Of a stretch of 64,000 nt of DNA, positions 36,755-47,156 are shown one piece after another (position 1 is the stretch's first letter; each line of letters begins with the position of its first letter). The position numbers and the translations under genes are program-made. Origin of the DNA: a bacterium (GTDB lineage Bacteria; Patescibacteriota; Minisyncoccia; Minisyncoccales; GBS-2); the NCBI GenBank assembly GCA_036803205.1, contig DAIRUS010000001.1, positions 20,290 to 84,289 on the forward strand. The letters are read 5' to 3'. The notes beneath the pieces were generated by a model. It did not search any database. It was not told where the DNA came from and worked only from the letters and a program-made list of their open reading frames with translations.

Positions 36755-38678
36755 TTTCTTTAATTAAATCTCTAATTTTAGCTGCTCTTTCAAAGTCTAA
36801 ATTGCGGGCTGCTTCTCTCATCTCTTTTTCTAATAATTTTTTATCTCTAATTATCCAAAATTCCGAAGTCACCGCTTTTTCTTTCTGAACAAATGGCCAG
36901 TCCCTAATTGGCTTAATAATCGGCTGAGGAGTAATTTTCTGTTTTTTATTATATTCCATCTGAATTTTCCGCCTTCTTTTCACCTCCTTAATAGCCGCCT
37001 TCATTGATTTTGTGATTTTGTCAGCATACAAAATGACATGACCCTGAGGATGCCTAGCTGCCCGGCCCATCGTTTGAATTAAAGTTGTCTCTGACCTTAA
37101 AAATCCTTCTTTATCAGCATCTAAAATTGCCACCAAAGCCACTTCCGGCAAATCTAACCCTTCTCTTAATAGATTTATTCCAACCAAAACATCATATTTT
37201 CCCTCTCTTAAATCCCTTAAAATTTGCGGCCTTTCTAAGGTTTTTACTTCTGAATGAAGCCACTGGGTTTTGATTTTGTTTTCGGCAAGATAATCAGAAA
37301 TGGCTTCAGCTAATCTTTTGGTCAAAGTTAAAACTAAAATCCTTTGTTTTTCTTTAATTCTCTTTTTAATTTCCTCAATTAAATCTTTGACCTGATTTTT
37401 AGTTGGTCTAATTTCAATTGAAGGCTCTAATAATCCCGTTGGCCTGATTAATTGTTCAACAATAAACTTCTTGCCAGCTTTTTTTCTTTCCTCTTCAGCC
37501 GGCGTTGCCGAGACATAAATTATTTGACAAGCTCTTTCTTCAAATTCTTTATAGGTTAGAGGCCGATTATCAATTGCTGAAGGTAGCCTAAAGCCATATT
37601 CAATTAAACTTTTTTTTCTTGCCCGGTCTTGATTAGCCATGGCCTGAAGCTGAGGAAGAGTTTGATGGGATTCATCAATAAAAATTAAAAAGTCTTTTGG
37701 GAAATAATCAATTAAGGTAAAAGGTGCTTCAGCTGGTTTTCTGAATTCTAAATGCCTGGAATAATTTTCAATCCCATGACAATAACCCGTCTCTTTTATC
37801 ATTTCTAAATCATAATTGGTTCTTTGTTCTAATCTTTGAGCTTCCAAAAACTTTTTCTCTTTTCTTAATTTTTTTAATTGTTCTTCTAACTCTAATTTTA
37901 TATTTTCTAAAGCGATATTTAATTTTTCCTGGGGGGTAACCCAAAAGTGGGCAGGATACAGCCGGTATTTAGTATTCAGTGTTTTGTATTTAGGCGTCAA
38001 AGAAGGCTGGGCAATCGAAATCTTGTTAATTTCGTCACCAAAAAATTCAACTCTCAAGATTTTCCCTCCAGTAACCAAATAAATATCAATGATATCTCCT
38101 CTGACTCGAAAAGTGCCTGGCTTAAAATTAACATCGTTTCTTTGATATTGCAGGGAGGTAAGGTAAGAAATCAACTCCTTTCTTTTAATTTTTTTGCCCG
38201 ATTTAATTTCCAAAGATACTTTCTGATAGTCTTGAGGAGAGCCAATGTTATAAATACAAGAAACCGAAGCAACAATAATAATATCTTTCCTAGTTAATAA
38301 ATCTTGGACAGCCGCATGTCTTAATCTATCAATTTCTTCATTAATTTTGGCGTCTTTCTCAATATAAGTGTCGGTTTGGGGAATATAGGCTTCTGGCTGA
38401 TAATAGTCATAGTAGCTTACAAAAAAATGAACAGCATTATTGGGAAAAAATTCTTTAAATTCTTGATAAAGTTGAGCGCAGAGTGTTTTATTGGGAGAGA
38501 TAACGAGGGTTGGTTTTTGAATATTTTTAATTACCCATCCCATCGTAACCGTTTTTCCGCTGCCGGTTACACCCAAAAGAATCTGTCTTTTTACTCCTGA
38601 TTTCAAATTCTTAACAAGCATCTTAATCGCTTGAGATTGGTCGCCTCTCGGTTTTAACAAATATTTCTCATCGAACAT
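36735..38678 (-). CDS. uvrB: excinuclease ABC subunit B
   Basis: Walker A GVTGSGKT. Helicase motifs. Beta-hairpin region. C-terminal UvrB/UvrC-interaction helix ...DFERAAKIRD. 647 aa. Confidence 0.9.
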   Translation of the reverse strand: MFDEKYLLKPRGDQSQAIKMLVKNLKSGVKRQILLGVTGSGKTVTMGWVIKNIQKPTLVISPNKTLCAQLYQEFKEFFPNNAVHFFVSYYDYYQPEAYIPQTDTYIEKDAKINEEIDRLRHAAVQDLLTRKDIIIVASVSCIYNIGSPQDYQKVSLEIKSGKKIKRKELISYLTSLQYQRNDVNFKPGTFRVRGDIIDIYLVTGGKILRVEFFGDEINKISIAQPSLTPKYKTLNTKYRLYPAHFWVTPQEKLNIALENIKLELEEQLKKLRKEKKFLEAQRLEQRTNYDLEMIKETGYCHGIENYSRHLEFRKPAEAPFTLIDYFPKDFLIFIDESHQTLPQLQAMANQDRARKKSLIEYGFRLPSAIDNRPLTYKEFEERACQIIYVSATPAEEERKKAGKKFIVEQLIRPTGLLEPSIEIRPTKNQVKDLIEEIKKRIKEKQRILVLTLTKRLAEAISDYLAENKIKTQWLHSEVKTLERPQILRDLREGKYDVLVGINLLREGLDLPEVALVAILDADKEGFLRSETTLIQTMGRAARHPQGHVILYADKITKSMKAAIKEVKRRRKIQMEYNKKQKITPQPIIKPIRDWPFVQKEKAVTSEFWIIRDKKLLEKEMREAARNLDFERAAKIRDLIKEIKNSLT

Positions 38679-39151
38679 ATTTTATTTTATGTTATAATTA
38701 AGTATAACAACAAAATAAATCTTTACGAAAACTATCTTTTGAGATCAACATTTTTAGAGGTAATATTTAAAGAATGGTGACTACGCTATGAACCTGTGAA
38801 ACGACTTTGCTAACAATATAATAATCGTAATATCAATGTTATTTGGAGCTATATATATCTGACTGCTACCTATTTTTTAATCAGTAGAAAAAGAAAAATT
38901 TTATCTTCCGAAAAGTTTCTTTTTTTCTTTTTTGGTTTTGTGTTTTTTAAGTTCTTTATTATACGGAATTAATTCATTTCTGGATATCATCTGGGGTCGT
39001 GTTTCTAATATAAATTACTTGATATTTTCTTTTGTCTATATTATTTATTTTCTTCAACTTATTTCCAACTTTTTATATTTTTAAGATCTAATTTAAAAAA
39101 AACAGTTAAATGAATATAAACTCAACAATAATATAAAAAGTTAAAAAAATT

Positions 39152-40387
39152 ATGGAAAAAATGCCGAGATTTTTTTTAGAAAAATTAATGTCTCTTCCCC
39201 ACAGAGGAAATGCAACCCCTGAAATTGAAAAGGCGGCAGAAATTATTTTAGAAGAATACAAAAAACATAATGTTAAGGGAGAAATTTACGAATTCAAAAG
39301 TGCCGAGCAAAGCCATTATTTAATGAGTTTCATTACCACTCTTTTTATTATTGCTCTTATATTAAAACTTTTTAATAATTTTATTTTATCGCTTATTTTT
39401 TATTTTTTAGGTTGGGTTTTTTATCTTAATTGGCTTCCAATTTGGCAACGCTTTTCTCTTTTATTTCGTTCTTTTTCGGCAAAAGGGATTTTTGCTGAAG
39501 TTCCTTCTAGAGAAAAAGGAAAACATACTCTTGTTGTTAGTGCTCATTATGACACCCCACATGCAACACTTGGATTAAACATTTTACGAGCGATTAATAA
39601 AACAAATTTTGGACGAAAACTTTTTTCGCAAAATGAAAATCTCCTTTTTTTCCTTAGGGGCCCTCTTTTTCTTTTTAATATTGCTATTATATTTTTAGGA
39701 ATCATTATTTTTCTTTCTCTAAAATGGTTTTTACTTCTTTTTTTTATCCCCCTTATTTTATTTTTATTAGCCCTTTTTTTGCATTTACATATGGCTTTTT
39801 CCTCACCGGTTCCGGGAGCCTTTGATAATGGTTCCGGGACGGCCGTTGTTATGGCTTTGGCAGTTTACTTTGCTCAAAATCCTTTAAAAAATATTCGTTT
39901 AATATTTTTAACCAATCCATGCGAAGAAGGATACATTGATGGTTTTAAAGAATTTTTTAAAAAGGCAAAAATAAATAAAGAAAACACCTATTTTATAGTT
40001 CTAGACGGTGTGGGTGCAAAAAACTTAAAGATAGTTTATAAAGAGTTATCTCAGGCAATAGGAAAAACTGTTCGTTGTGACCCAATATTAAAACCATTGA
40101 TTGCTGAATTAATTGCCAGCGAAGAAAAATTTAATCAAATAAAAGAATTTTTTCTTCCGGTTCAATCTGATGCTACCAATATTTTAAAAAGAGGGGGAAA
40201 GACAGCTTTTATTTTAACTTCTATTAACGATGATGGCTTTGTTGATTTTTACCATCAACCAGAAGATACTATTGATAAAATTAATTTTAATACTCTTAAT
40301 TTATCTTATCAGTTTATGATTAAACTCCTTCAAAGGGTAAATGATTTTTTAAACTCAAAAAGCGAAAATGAAAAAAATAATTCCTAA
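39152..40387 (+). CDS. polytopic membrane protein with embedded M28-family zinc peptidase motifs
   Basis: TLVVSAHYDTPH and PGAFDNGSGTAVVMALA (M28 HxD / D-N-G-S-G signatures), interleaved with multiple hydrophobic helices. Confidence 0.55.
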   Translation: MEKMPRFFLEKLMSLPHRGNATPEIEKAAEIILEEYKKHNVKGEIYEFKSAEQSHYLMSFITTLFIIALILKLFNNFILSLIFYFLGWVFYLNWLPIWQRFSLLFRSFSAKGIFAEVPSREKGKHTLVVSAHYDTPHATLGLNILRAINKTNFGRKLFSQNENLLFFLRGPLFLFNIAIIFLGIIIFLSLKWFLLLFFIPLILFLLALFLHLHMAFSSPVPGAFDNGSGTAVVMALAVYFAQNPLKNIRLIFLTNPCEEGYIDGFKEFFKKAKINKENTYFIVLDGVGAKNLKIVYKELSQAIGKTVRCDPILKPLIAELIASEEKFNQIKEFFLPVQSDATNILKRGGKTAFILTSINDDGFVDFYHQPEDTIDKINFNTLNLSYQFMIKLLQRVNDFLNSKSENEKNNS

Positions 40388-41573
40388 TTTTTTCTTAAGT
40401 TTTTATCATTTTTCCTTAGCCTTTTTGGGAACTCTTTTTTATGGACTTCCCTCGAAAAAAATAAAGGTGATTGGAATTACTGGTACTAACGGCAAAACTA
40501 CGGTTTCTGAAATGGTAAACCAAATTTTTGAAAAAGCCGGTTTTAAAGTTGCTTTATCAAATTCTATTCGCTTTAAAATTGACAAAAGCGAATCTTTAAA
40601 CAAACTAAGAATGACAATGCCTGGTAGAGCTTTTTTACAAAAATTTTTGAGGAGGGCAATAAAAGAAAATTGTCAATACGCAATCTTAGAAGTTACCTCA
40701 GAGGGAATTAAACAATATCGGCATAAATTTATTAATTTTGAAATAGCTGTTTTTACCAATTTAAGCCCAGAACACATTGAAGCTCACGGTTCTTACGAAA
40801 AATATAGAGAAGCCAAAGGAAAACTTTTTCAAGAAACAAAAAACATTCATATTATAAACACCGACGATAAAGAAGCCAATTTTTTCCTTAAATTTCCAGC
40901 TAAAAGAAAAATTACTTTTGGCTTAGAACAAGGAGAAATCAATAATCGAGAGCTAAATTTAAAATTGAAAATCCCCGGTCAGTTTAATATTTATAATGCT
41001 TTGGCGGCAATTTCTATTGCTTACTCTCAGGGAGTAGATAAAAATTTTGCCAAAGAGGTAGTCGAAAATTTTGAAGGGGCACCCGGAAGGATGGAATTAG
41101 TTATTGCAAAACCCTTTAAGGTTTTTGTTGATTATGCTTTTACACCGGCGGCTTTAGAAAAAGTTTATCAAACTCTTATTAAACTAAATAATGAAACTCA
41201 CAAATCTCCCTCTAATTTAATTTGCGTTTTGGGTTCTTGTGGAGGGGGAAGAGATAGGTGGAAAAGGCCGGTTTTAGGGGCTTTGGCAAAAAATTATTGT
41301 CAAGAAGTAATTATTACTAACGAAGATCCTTATAATGAAGACCCAATGGAAATTATAAATCAAGTTGCTAAAGGAGTAGGCGAAAAAGCAAAAAAAATAT
41401 TAGACCGCAGGGAAGCGATTAGAGAAGCCTTAAAAATAGCAAAAGAAAATGATATTGTAATTATTACCGGTAAAGGTTGCGAGCCCTCAATTTGTATTAA
41501 AGGCAAAAAAATTCCTTGGGATGACAGAGATGTGGTAAGAGAAGAATTCAACCGATTATTTAATCAACAATAA
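40368..41573 (+). CDS. Mur ligase family protein (MurE/MurF/MurT-like)
   Basis: Central-domain P-loop IGITGTNGKTTVSEM plus Mur ligase middle and C-terminal domains. Too short (401 aa) to assign specificity. Confidence 0.65.
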   Translation: MKKIIPNFFLSFYHFSLAFLGTLFYGLPSKKIKVIGITGTNGKTTVSEMVNQIFEKAGFKVALSNSIRFKIDKSESLNKLRMTMPGRAFLQKFLRRAIKENCQYAILEVTSEGIKQYRHKFINFEIAVFTNLSPEHIEAHGSYEKYREAKGKLFQETKNIHIINTDDKEANFFLKFPAKRKITFGLEQGEINNRELNLKLKIPGQFNIYNALAAISIAYSQGVDKNFAKEVVENFEGAPGRMELVIAKPFKVFVDYAFTPAALEKVYQTLIKLNNETHKSPSNLICVLGSCGGGRDRWKRPVLGALAKNYCQEVIITNEDPYNEDPMEIINQVAKGVGEKAKKILDRREAIREALKIAKENDIVIITGKGCEPSICIKGKKIPWDDRDVVREEFNRLFNQQ

Positions 41574-41631
41574 CCTCCTGTAATATCATTGCCATGGCTT
41601 TCTTATTACAGGAGATTAGAGGAATTAAGAT

Positions 41632-42063
41632 ATGGAGAAATATGAAATTTTAGAACATAGGGCAGATCTAAAAATCAGGATTTTTGGTAAAACCAAAAAA
41701 GAATTATTTCAGAATGCCCTTTTAGGAATGAGTGAAAGTATGAAGGCCGAAATTGAAAGCCCGGCAGAAAAAGTAAAAAGAAAAGTTAGAATAGAATCGT
41801 TTGATTTGCCTTCTTTATTGGTTGATTTTTTAAGCGAGATTCTTTATTTGAGTCAGGTTAATAAAGAGGTCTATTTTGAGGTGAAGTTTAAAAAATTTTT
41901 TGTTCCGTTAACAAGCTCAAGACAGGCTGAAATAGAGTGTGAACTAATCGGTCAAAAAGTAGAGAGATTCGGCAAAGACATAAAGGCGGTGACTTATCAC
42001 GATTTGGACATTCGTCAGAGAAAAAATAAAACCTGGCAGGCAACAGTGCTTTTTGATATATAA
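41632..42063 (+). CDS. archease (RtcB activator)
   Basis: YEILEHRADLKIRIFGKTKKELFQNALLGM matches the archease N-terminus (consensus recalled: [30 protein letters not shown]). 143 aa, upstream of rtcB. Confidence 0.75.
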   Translation: MEKYEILEHRADLKIRIFGKTKKELFQNALLGMSESMKAEIESPAEKVKRKVRIESFDLPSLLVDFLSEILYLSQVNKEVYFEVKFKKFFVPLTSSRQAEIECELIGQKVERFGKDIKAVTYHDLDIRQRKNKTWQATVLFDI

Positions 42064-42192
42064 GTTGGTTTTTAGGTTTAATTTTTTCAATCTCTATTGA
42101 TTTGACTTTCCCACAGGAATACCACAAGATTTTTTAATTGGGCTAGATAAGAAAGCCTTTTCTTTTTAGAAAACTTAAGCTAAAATGGGAAT

Positions 42193-43641
42193 ATGATTTC
42201 AAAAAAAGATTTTAGAAAAATTTCAGAGTTTCTTTGGGAAATTCCAAAAACTTTTAGGGCAAATATGCGAGTTCCGGCAAGAATTTATGTTTCTGAAAAG
42301 ATGTTAGAAGAAGTATTTCGAGATCAATCGATTCCTCAATTAATCAATGGCACCACCCTTCCGGGAATAGTAAAATATGGCATTGCCATGCCTGACTGCC
42401 ATGAAGGATATAGTGTGCCTATCGGATTTGTTGGGGCATTAAGAGTTTCTGACGGAATTATTTCTCCTGGAGCAGCAGGGTTTGATTTGAATTGTGGAAT
42501 GAAACTTTTAAAATCGGAATTATCAGAAAAAGATATAAAGCCATATTTAGAGAAGCTGGCAACAGAAATTCAGAAAGAAGTACCTTCGGGACTTGGCCGA
42601 GGAGGACAAATAAAACTTTCTTTTGAGGAGATTAATAAAATTTTAGAGGGCGGAGCTCAAAAGATGGTCCAACAAGGTTTTGGCGAGAAAGAAGATATAG
42701 AAAATTGTGAATCTCATGGAAGATTAAACTGGGCCGACGCCTCAACTGTTTCTTCGCGAGCTAAAAATCGAGGAAGGGACCAGTTGGGAACCTTGGGAAG
42801 CGGAAATCATTTCCTCGAAATTCAAAAGGTGGCTGAGGTTTTTGATGAGAAAACAGCCGAAGCTTTTGGATTGTTTAAAGACCAAATTGTAACGATGATT
42901 CATACCGGTTCGCGCGGGCTCGGACATCAGGTTTGTACTGATTATTTAAGGGAATTTATTCCGGTAATGGAAAAAAAGTATAAAATCAATGTTCCTGATA
43001 GAGAATTTGCCTGTGTACCATTCAATTCGCCAGAGGGTCGAAGGTATTTTTCAGCTATGGCCTCGGCCGCCAATTATGCCTGGGCTAATCGCCAAATGAT
43101 CGCCCACTTTATTAGAAAAGCCTGGAAGTCAGTTTTGGGTGAGAAAGACAGTTATTTGGTGGCTCTTTATGATGTTGCTCACAATATTATTAAAAAGGAA
43201 AAATATATTATTGATGGTAAAGAAATTGAAGTGATTGTTCATCGTAAAGGATCCACCCGGGCTTTTCCTCCGGGCCACCCGGAAATCCCTGAAAGATATC
43301 GAAATGTCGGTCAACCAGTTTTAATTCCCGGCTCAATGGGAACTGCCTCTTACGTTCTAGTTGGAACCAGAGAAGGAGAGGAAGCTTTTTTCTCGACTTG
43401 TCATGGCGGAGGTCGGACAATGTCTCGACACGAAGCCATGAGACGAGTTTCTGGAAAAGAAGTAGTAAAAAGTTTAGAATCAAAAGGAATTATTGTTAAG
43501 TGCCGGTCTTTGAGGGGTATTGCCGAAGAGGCGCCCCTAGCATATAAAAACATTGATGAGGTAGTAGAGATAGTCCATAATGCTGGTCTATCAAAAAAAG
43601 TAGCAAAATTGATGCCATTGGCAGTAATTAAGGGAGAATAA
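42193..43641 (+). CDS. rtcB: RNA-splicing ligase RtcB
   Basis: RtcB motifs DLNCGM, GSGNHF, HRKGSTRA, plus C-terminal His/Cys metal ligands. 482 aa. Confidence 0.85.
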   Translation: MISKKDFRKISEFLWEIPKTFRANMRVPARIYVSEKMLEEVFRDQSIPQLINGTTLPGIVKYGIAMPDCHEGYSVPIGFVGALRVSDGIISPGAAGFDLNCGMKLLKSELSEKDIKPYLEKLATEIQKEVPSGLGRGGQIKLSFEEINKILEGGAQKMVQQGFGEKEDIENCESHGRLNWADASTVSSRAKNRGRDQLGTLGSGNHFLEIQKVAEVFDEKTAEAFGLFKDQIVTMIHTGSRGLGHQVCTDYLREFIPVMEKKYKINVPDREFACVPFNSPEGRRYFSAMASAANYAWANRQMIAHFIRKAWKSVLGEKDSYLVALYDVAHNIIKKEKYIIDGKEIEVIVHRKGSTRAFPPGHPEIPERYRNVGQPVLIPGSMGTASYVLVGTREGEEAFFSTCHGGGRTMSRHEAMRRVSGKEVVKSLESKGIIVKCRSLRGIAEEAPLAYKNIDEVVEIVHNAGLSKKVAKLMPLAVIKGE

Positions 43642-43860
43642 ATGGACTAAAAATTAAGGTCCAAAATGGAAAATTATAGTTTAAAATTTAAAAACTTTGA
43701 AAACCTAACAACCCCTTTTTTTCTATGGAAAGACATCGTTTGCCAAGGTCAATCAGAAAGTTTATTCGAGAGGAAAAGGCGAGAATTCGGCGAGAAGTTT
43801 TAGATTTGCAACAACAAGAAAAATTAATCACTCAGCTTTATCAAAAATTTTTCAATCAAT

Positions 43861-44808
43861 ATGCGAATAAGAGAAATATTCAATCTGGCGATTCAAAAGG
43901 GGATTGAGGCCGATTTTCGGGGGAAAAAGACCATTGAAGAGATTTTGGTCAGAAAAAGAGAAAAATATCAAAAACTTTCTGAAAAAGAAAAAGATTATTT
44001 TGACAAAGAGGCATTAAAAAATCCCTATTTAGATTCAAGGATTTTAAACATCGCTCAAGAGAAAGAAGTTAAAAAAGTTTTGGTTGGCATTGATATTGAA
44101 CCAGCCGAAATTTTAATGGCAAAAGAAATTGGCGGAATTGATTTAGTTATTTCTCATCACCCCTTAGGAAAAGGTTTAGCTAATTTACATGAAGTAATGG
44201 AGCTGCAGTGCGATATTTTGAATTTATATGGCCTGCCAATTAATGTAGCGGAAAAATTGATGAAAGAAAAAATTTCTGAAGTGGCAAGAGGAATAAACAG
44301 AGTGAACCATCAGAGAACAGTTGATGCGGCAAAAATTTTAGGATTAAATTTAATGTGTCTCCACACTGTCACCGACAATTTAGCCGCCAAATTTTTAAAA
44401 GCAAAAGTAGAGAAGGAAAATAGTTTAATGAGATTAGAAGATTTATTGGATCTTTTGAAAGAAATCCCGGAATACAAAGAAGCGGCAAAAATTGGAGCTG
44501 GCCCAAAAATTTTCGTTGGCGACAAAGAAGCAAGATGTGGCAAAATTGCGGTTACTGAAATTACTGGTGGAACCGAGGGCTCACCAAAGATTTATGAAAA
44601 AATGGCCATTGCTGGAATTGGAACCGTCATTGGAATGCATATGGAAGAAGAGCATAAAAAAGAAGCCGAAATAGCTAACATTAACGTTGTCATTGCTGGT
44701 CACATGAGTTCGGATTCTTTGGGAATGAATCTTTTTTTGGATGAATTAGAAAAGAGGGGAATTGAAATTATACCCTGCTCGGGATTAATTAGAGTCCAAC
44801 GGTTTTGA
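43861..44808 (+). CDS. Nif3/YqfO-family dinuclear-metal-centre protein
   Basis: VLVGIDIEPAEILMAKEIGGIDLVISHHPL (NIF3 HHP motif) and C-terminal IAGHMSSDSLG (GHY.SE-like). Confidence 0.55.
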   Translation: MRIREIFNLAIQKGIEADFRGKKTIEEILVRKREKYQKLSEKEKDYFDKEALKNPYLDSRILNIAQEKEVKKVLVGIDIEPAEILMAKEIGGIDLVISHHPLGKGLANLHEVMELQCDILNLYGLPINVAEKLMKEKISEVARGINRVNHQRTVDAAKILGLNLMCLHTVTDNLAAKFLKAKVEKENSLMRLEDLLDLLKEIPEYKEAAKIGAGPKIFVGDKEARCGKIAVTEITGGTEGSPKIYEKMAIAGIGTVIGMHMEEEHKKEAEIANINVVIAGHMSSDSLGMNLFLDELEKRGIEIIPCSGLIRVQRF

Positions 44809-44896
44809 TTTTCCTTAATTTTTCTGGCAAAGCAATAAATTGAGATTTTTACAAAATTAATTGGCCCAAAAGCCAGTTTTTTGATAAAATTAAAGT

Positions 44897-46039
44897 ATGC
44901 GCACAGGGATTGCCACGATTCCGTTAGATTATGGCCGTTGTCCGCGATGGCTTTTTGAGAGAATGAAGAGATTGAGTCGAAGTATTGTCATAGCTATTGT
45001 TGAAGAATTTGGGGTTGAAGAATTTTTAAAGCGTCTTTCCGATCCCATATGGTTTCAGAGTTTTGGATGCGTCCTTGGTTTTGACTGGAATAGCAGCGGT
45101 CTGGGGGTTACTACCCTAGGTGCCCTAAAAGTGGGGCTTTTTGATCTCCAAGACCGGTTGGGAATTTATGTTTGCGGTGGCAAAAGAGAATCGAGAAAGA
45201 CGCCGGAAGAGATTATTGCTTACGGAATATCGCGGGGTTTTGATTTTGCCAACAATTTAGTTTATGCCTCAAAAATGGCAGCGAAGGTTGATTCAGCTTT
45301 AATTCAGGATAATTATTCTCTTTATCATCATAATTTTATTTTTACCAAAGATGGCAAGTGGATTGTAATTCAGCAGGGAATGAATTTGGAGAACCAAACT
45401 GCCCGACGTTACCATTGGCTTTCTTCAAGTTTAAGGAGTTTTACTGAAGAACCTCACTCTGGGATTATTTCTGGCTCAAAATTAAGATTAAAACCTTTAA
45501 ATTTGGTTGCCAAAGAAAGCAAGGAAAATAAAGAAATTTCGACCGAATTAGTTAGAGAGGAGCCAAAAACATTTTTACGCGATATTAAATTAATTTCAGA
45601 AAAATCAAATACCTTAATTAAACAAAGAAGATTTGAAAATTTTGCCGAAATAGAATTAAAAAATGTTGAATTTCGTCACCATCCAGTTGAAAAAGAGAAA
45701 TTTGATTTAAGAAGATTAGAAAAAACCATTTTTGTTGCCCACGGAGAAAAACCAGAAAACTTTGAGAAGCTTTTATCTTTAAAAGGAGTAGGACCAAAAA
45801 CCATTCGAGCCCTTTCTTTAGTTAGCGAATTAATCTATGGTGCTCCACCATCTTATGAGGACCCAGCTCGTTATTCTTTCGCCGTGGGTGGGAAAGACCA
45901 TACGCCAATGCCAATTCAACGAGATGTTTATGACCAACTATTATCTATAATGGAAAAAGGAATTAAAAAAGCAAAAATTTTTCACCGAGAAAAAATAGAA
46001 GCCCAAAGGAGATTATATGGTTTGGTTAAAAATAACTAA
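44897..46039 (+). CDS. uncharacterised conserved protein (DUF763-like), with an HhH-like segment
   Basis: N-terminus ...CPRWLFERMKRLSRSIV... recalled as DUF763-like (from memory). KGVGPKTIRAL HhH. Assignment uncertain. Confidence 0.3.
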   Translation: MRTGIATIPLDYGRCPRWLFERMKRLSRSIVIAIVEEFGVEEFLKRLSDPIWFQSFGCVLGFDWNSSGLGVTTLGALKVGLFDLQDRLGIYVCGGKRESRKTPEEIIAYGISRGFDFANNLVYASKMAAKVDSALIQDNYSLYHHNFIFTKDGKWIVIQQGMNLENQTARRYHWLSSSLRSFTEEPHSGIISGSKLRLKPLNLVAKESKENKEISTELVREEPKTFLRDIKLISEKSNTLIKQRRFENFAEIELKNVEFRHHPVEKEKFDLRRLEKTIFVAHGEKPENFEKLLSLKGVGPKTIRALSLVSELIYGAPPSYEDPARYSFAVGGKDHTPMPIQRDVYDQLLSIMEKGIKKAKIFHREKIEAQRRLYGLVKNN

Positions 46040-46108
46040 TTAAAAGGTTGCAAAAATTGTTCCATTGAGTGAAAAGCCAGAAAAAATATTTTAAAGACAG
46101 AAAAAAAT

Positions 46109-46309
46109 ATGAGCAAAGAAACTCCTAAAAGAAGTCAGATTGAAATACGGAAAAAAAGAAAGAGGAAAGAAAAAATCAAAAAATTGAAGGAAAAATATTT
46201 AGTAGCTCAAACCCAAGAGGAAAAACAAAAAATAATTGAAAAAATTCTAAAAATCGCGCCTCATTATCCAATTGCGGAAATTTTGAAGTTTAATGAATCT
46301 AAAAAGTAA
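46109..46309 (+). CDS. small lysine-rich hypothetical protein (66 aa)
   Basis: ORF only. Overlaps the downstream gene start by 17 nt. Low-complexity basic sequence. Confidence 0.25.
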   Translation: MSKETPKRSQIEIRKKRKRKEKIKKLKEKYLVAQTQEEKQKIIEKILKIAPHYPIAEILKFNESKK

Positions 46310-47141
46310 GGAATTTTTGAATTTTTTTTTCATCGAAGCATTTTTATTTTCCTTAACCTTAATTGCGGGGGTTTTTTCAGCAAAAAGAATTCAAAAATTT
46401 TCTTCTTCACAAGAAATTGAGATACCTCCCGTTTCTCTTTTGTATTTTATTTTAAGCTTTGCTATTGCCACTCTCTTTATTTTTTTGCTTGTTAAATTTT
46501 TAAAGAGAAAATTACTAAAAGGAAAAATTTATAAAACCCTTTTTCTTTTCACTGTTTTTTTGAGCGGATTAACTTTTTTTGAAATTTGGTTTGGCGAACC
46601 TTTAGCTCTCTTTTTAATTTCTCTTTTAATTTTTTGGTGGGTTAAAAAACCAAATGTTTTGAATCAAGACCTTTTGATGGTTTTCGGAATAGCCGGCATT
46701 TCAAGCATTTTAGGATTGGGACTAAAACCAGAGCCAATAGTCTTTATTTTAATTTTATTTTCAATTTATGATTTTGTTGCTGTTTATAAAACGAAACATA
46801 TGGTAGAAATGGCAAAGGAAATGATAGAACAAAAAACAATTTTTGGGTTTGTCATTCCTCAAGATATTTTTTCTTTTAGAGAAAGCTTATTAAATGTTCA
46901 ACCTGGAGGTAAATTTCTTGTTCTAGGAGGAGGAGACGTTGCCCTTCCTCTTTTATTTTCGGTTTCCCTTTTGCCGAGCGGATTCTTAAATTCAATCATT
47001 GTTGCCGCCTTTTCTCTCCTCGGCCTTTTTATCAGTTTCTACATTTTTACCCATCAAAAAGTTCGCCGACCTATCCCCGCTCTTCCCCCAATTGCCTTTT
47101 TTTCAATTATTGGTTTTTTGCTCATAAGAATTTTGTGGTAA
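46293..47141 (+). CDS. presenilin / signal-peptide-peptidase-like GxGD intramembrane aspartyl protease
   Basis: Polytopic protein with motifs in order YD (FSIYDFVAVY), GxGD (LVLGGGDVALPLL), PAL (RPIPALPPIAFF), at spacings matching archaeal presenilin homologs. Confidence 0.6.
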   Translation: MNLKSKEFLNFFFIEAFLFSLTLIAGVFSAKRIQKFSSSQEIEIPPVSLLYFILSFAIATLFIFLLVKFLKRKLLKGKIYKTLFLFTVFLSGLTFFEIWFGEPLALFLISLLIFWWVKKPNVLNQDLLMVFGIAGISSILGLGLKPEPIVFILILFSIYDFVAVYKTKHMVEMAKEMIEQKTIFGFVIPQDIFSFRESLLNVQPGGKFLVLGGGDVALPLLFSVSLLPSGFLNSIIVAAFSLLGLFISFYIFTHQKVRRPIPALPPIAFFSIIGFLLIRILW

Positions 47142-47156
47142 ACTGAAATAATTTCA

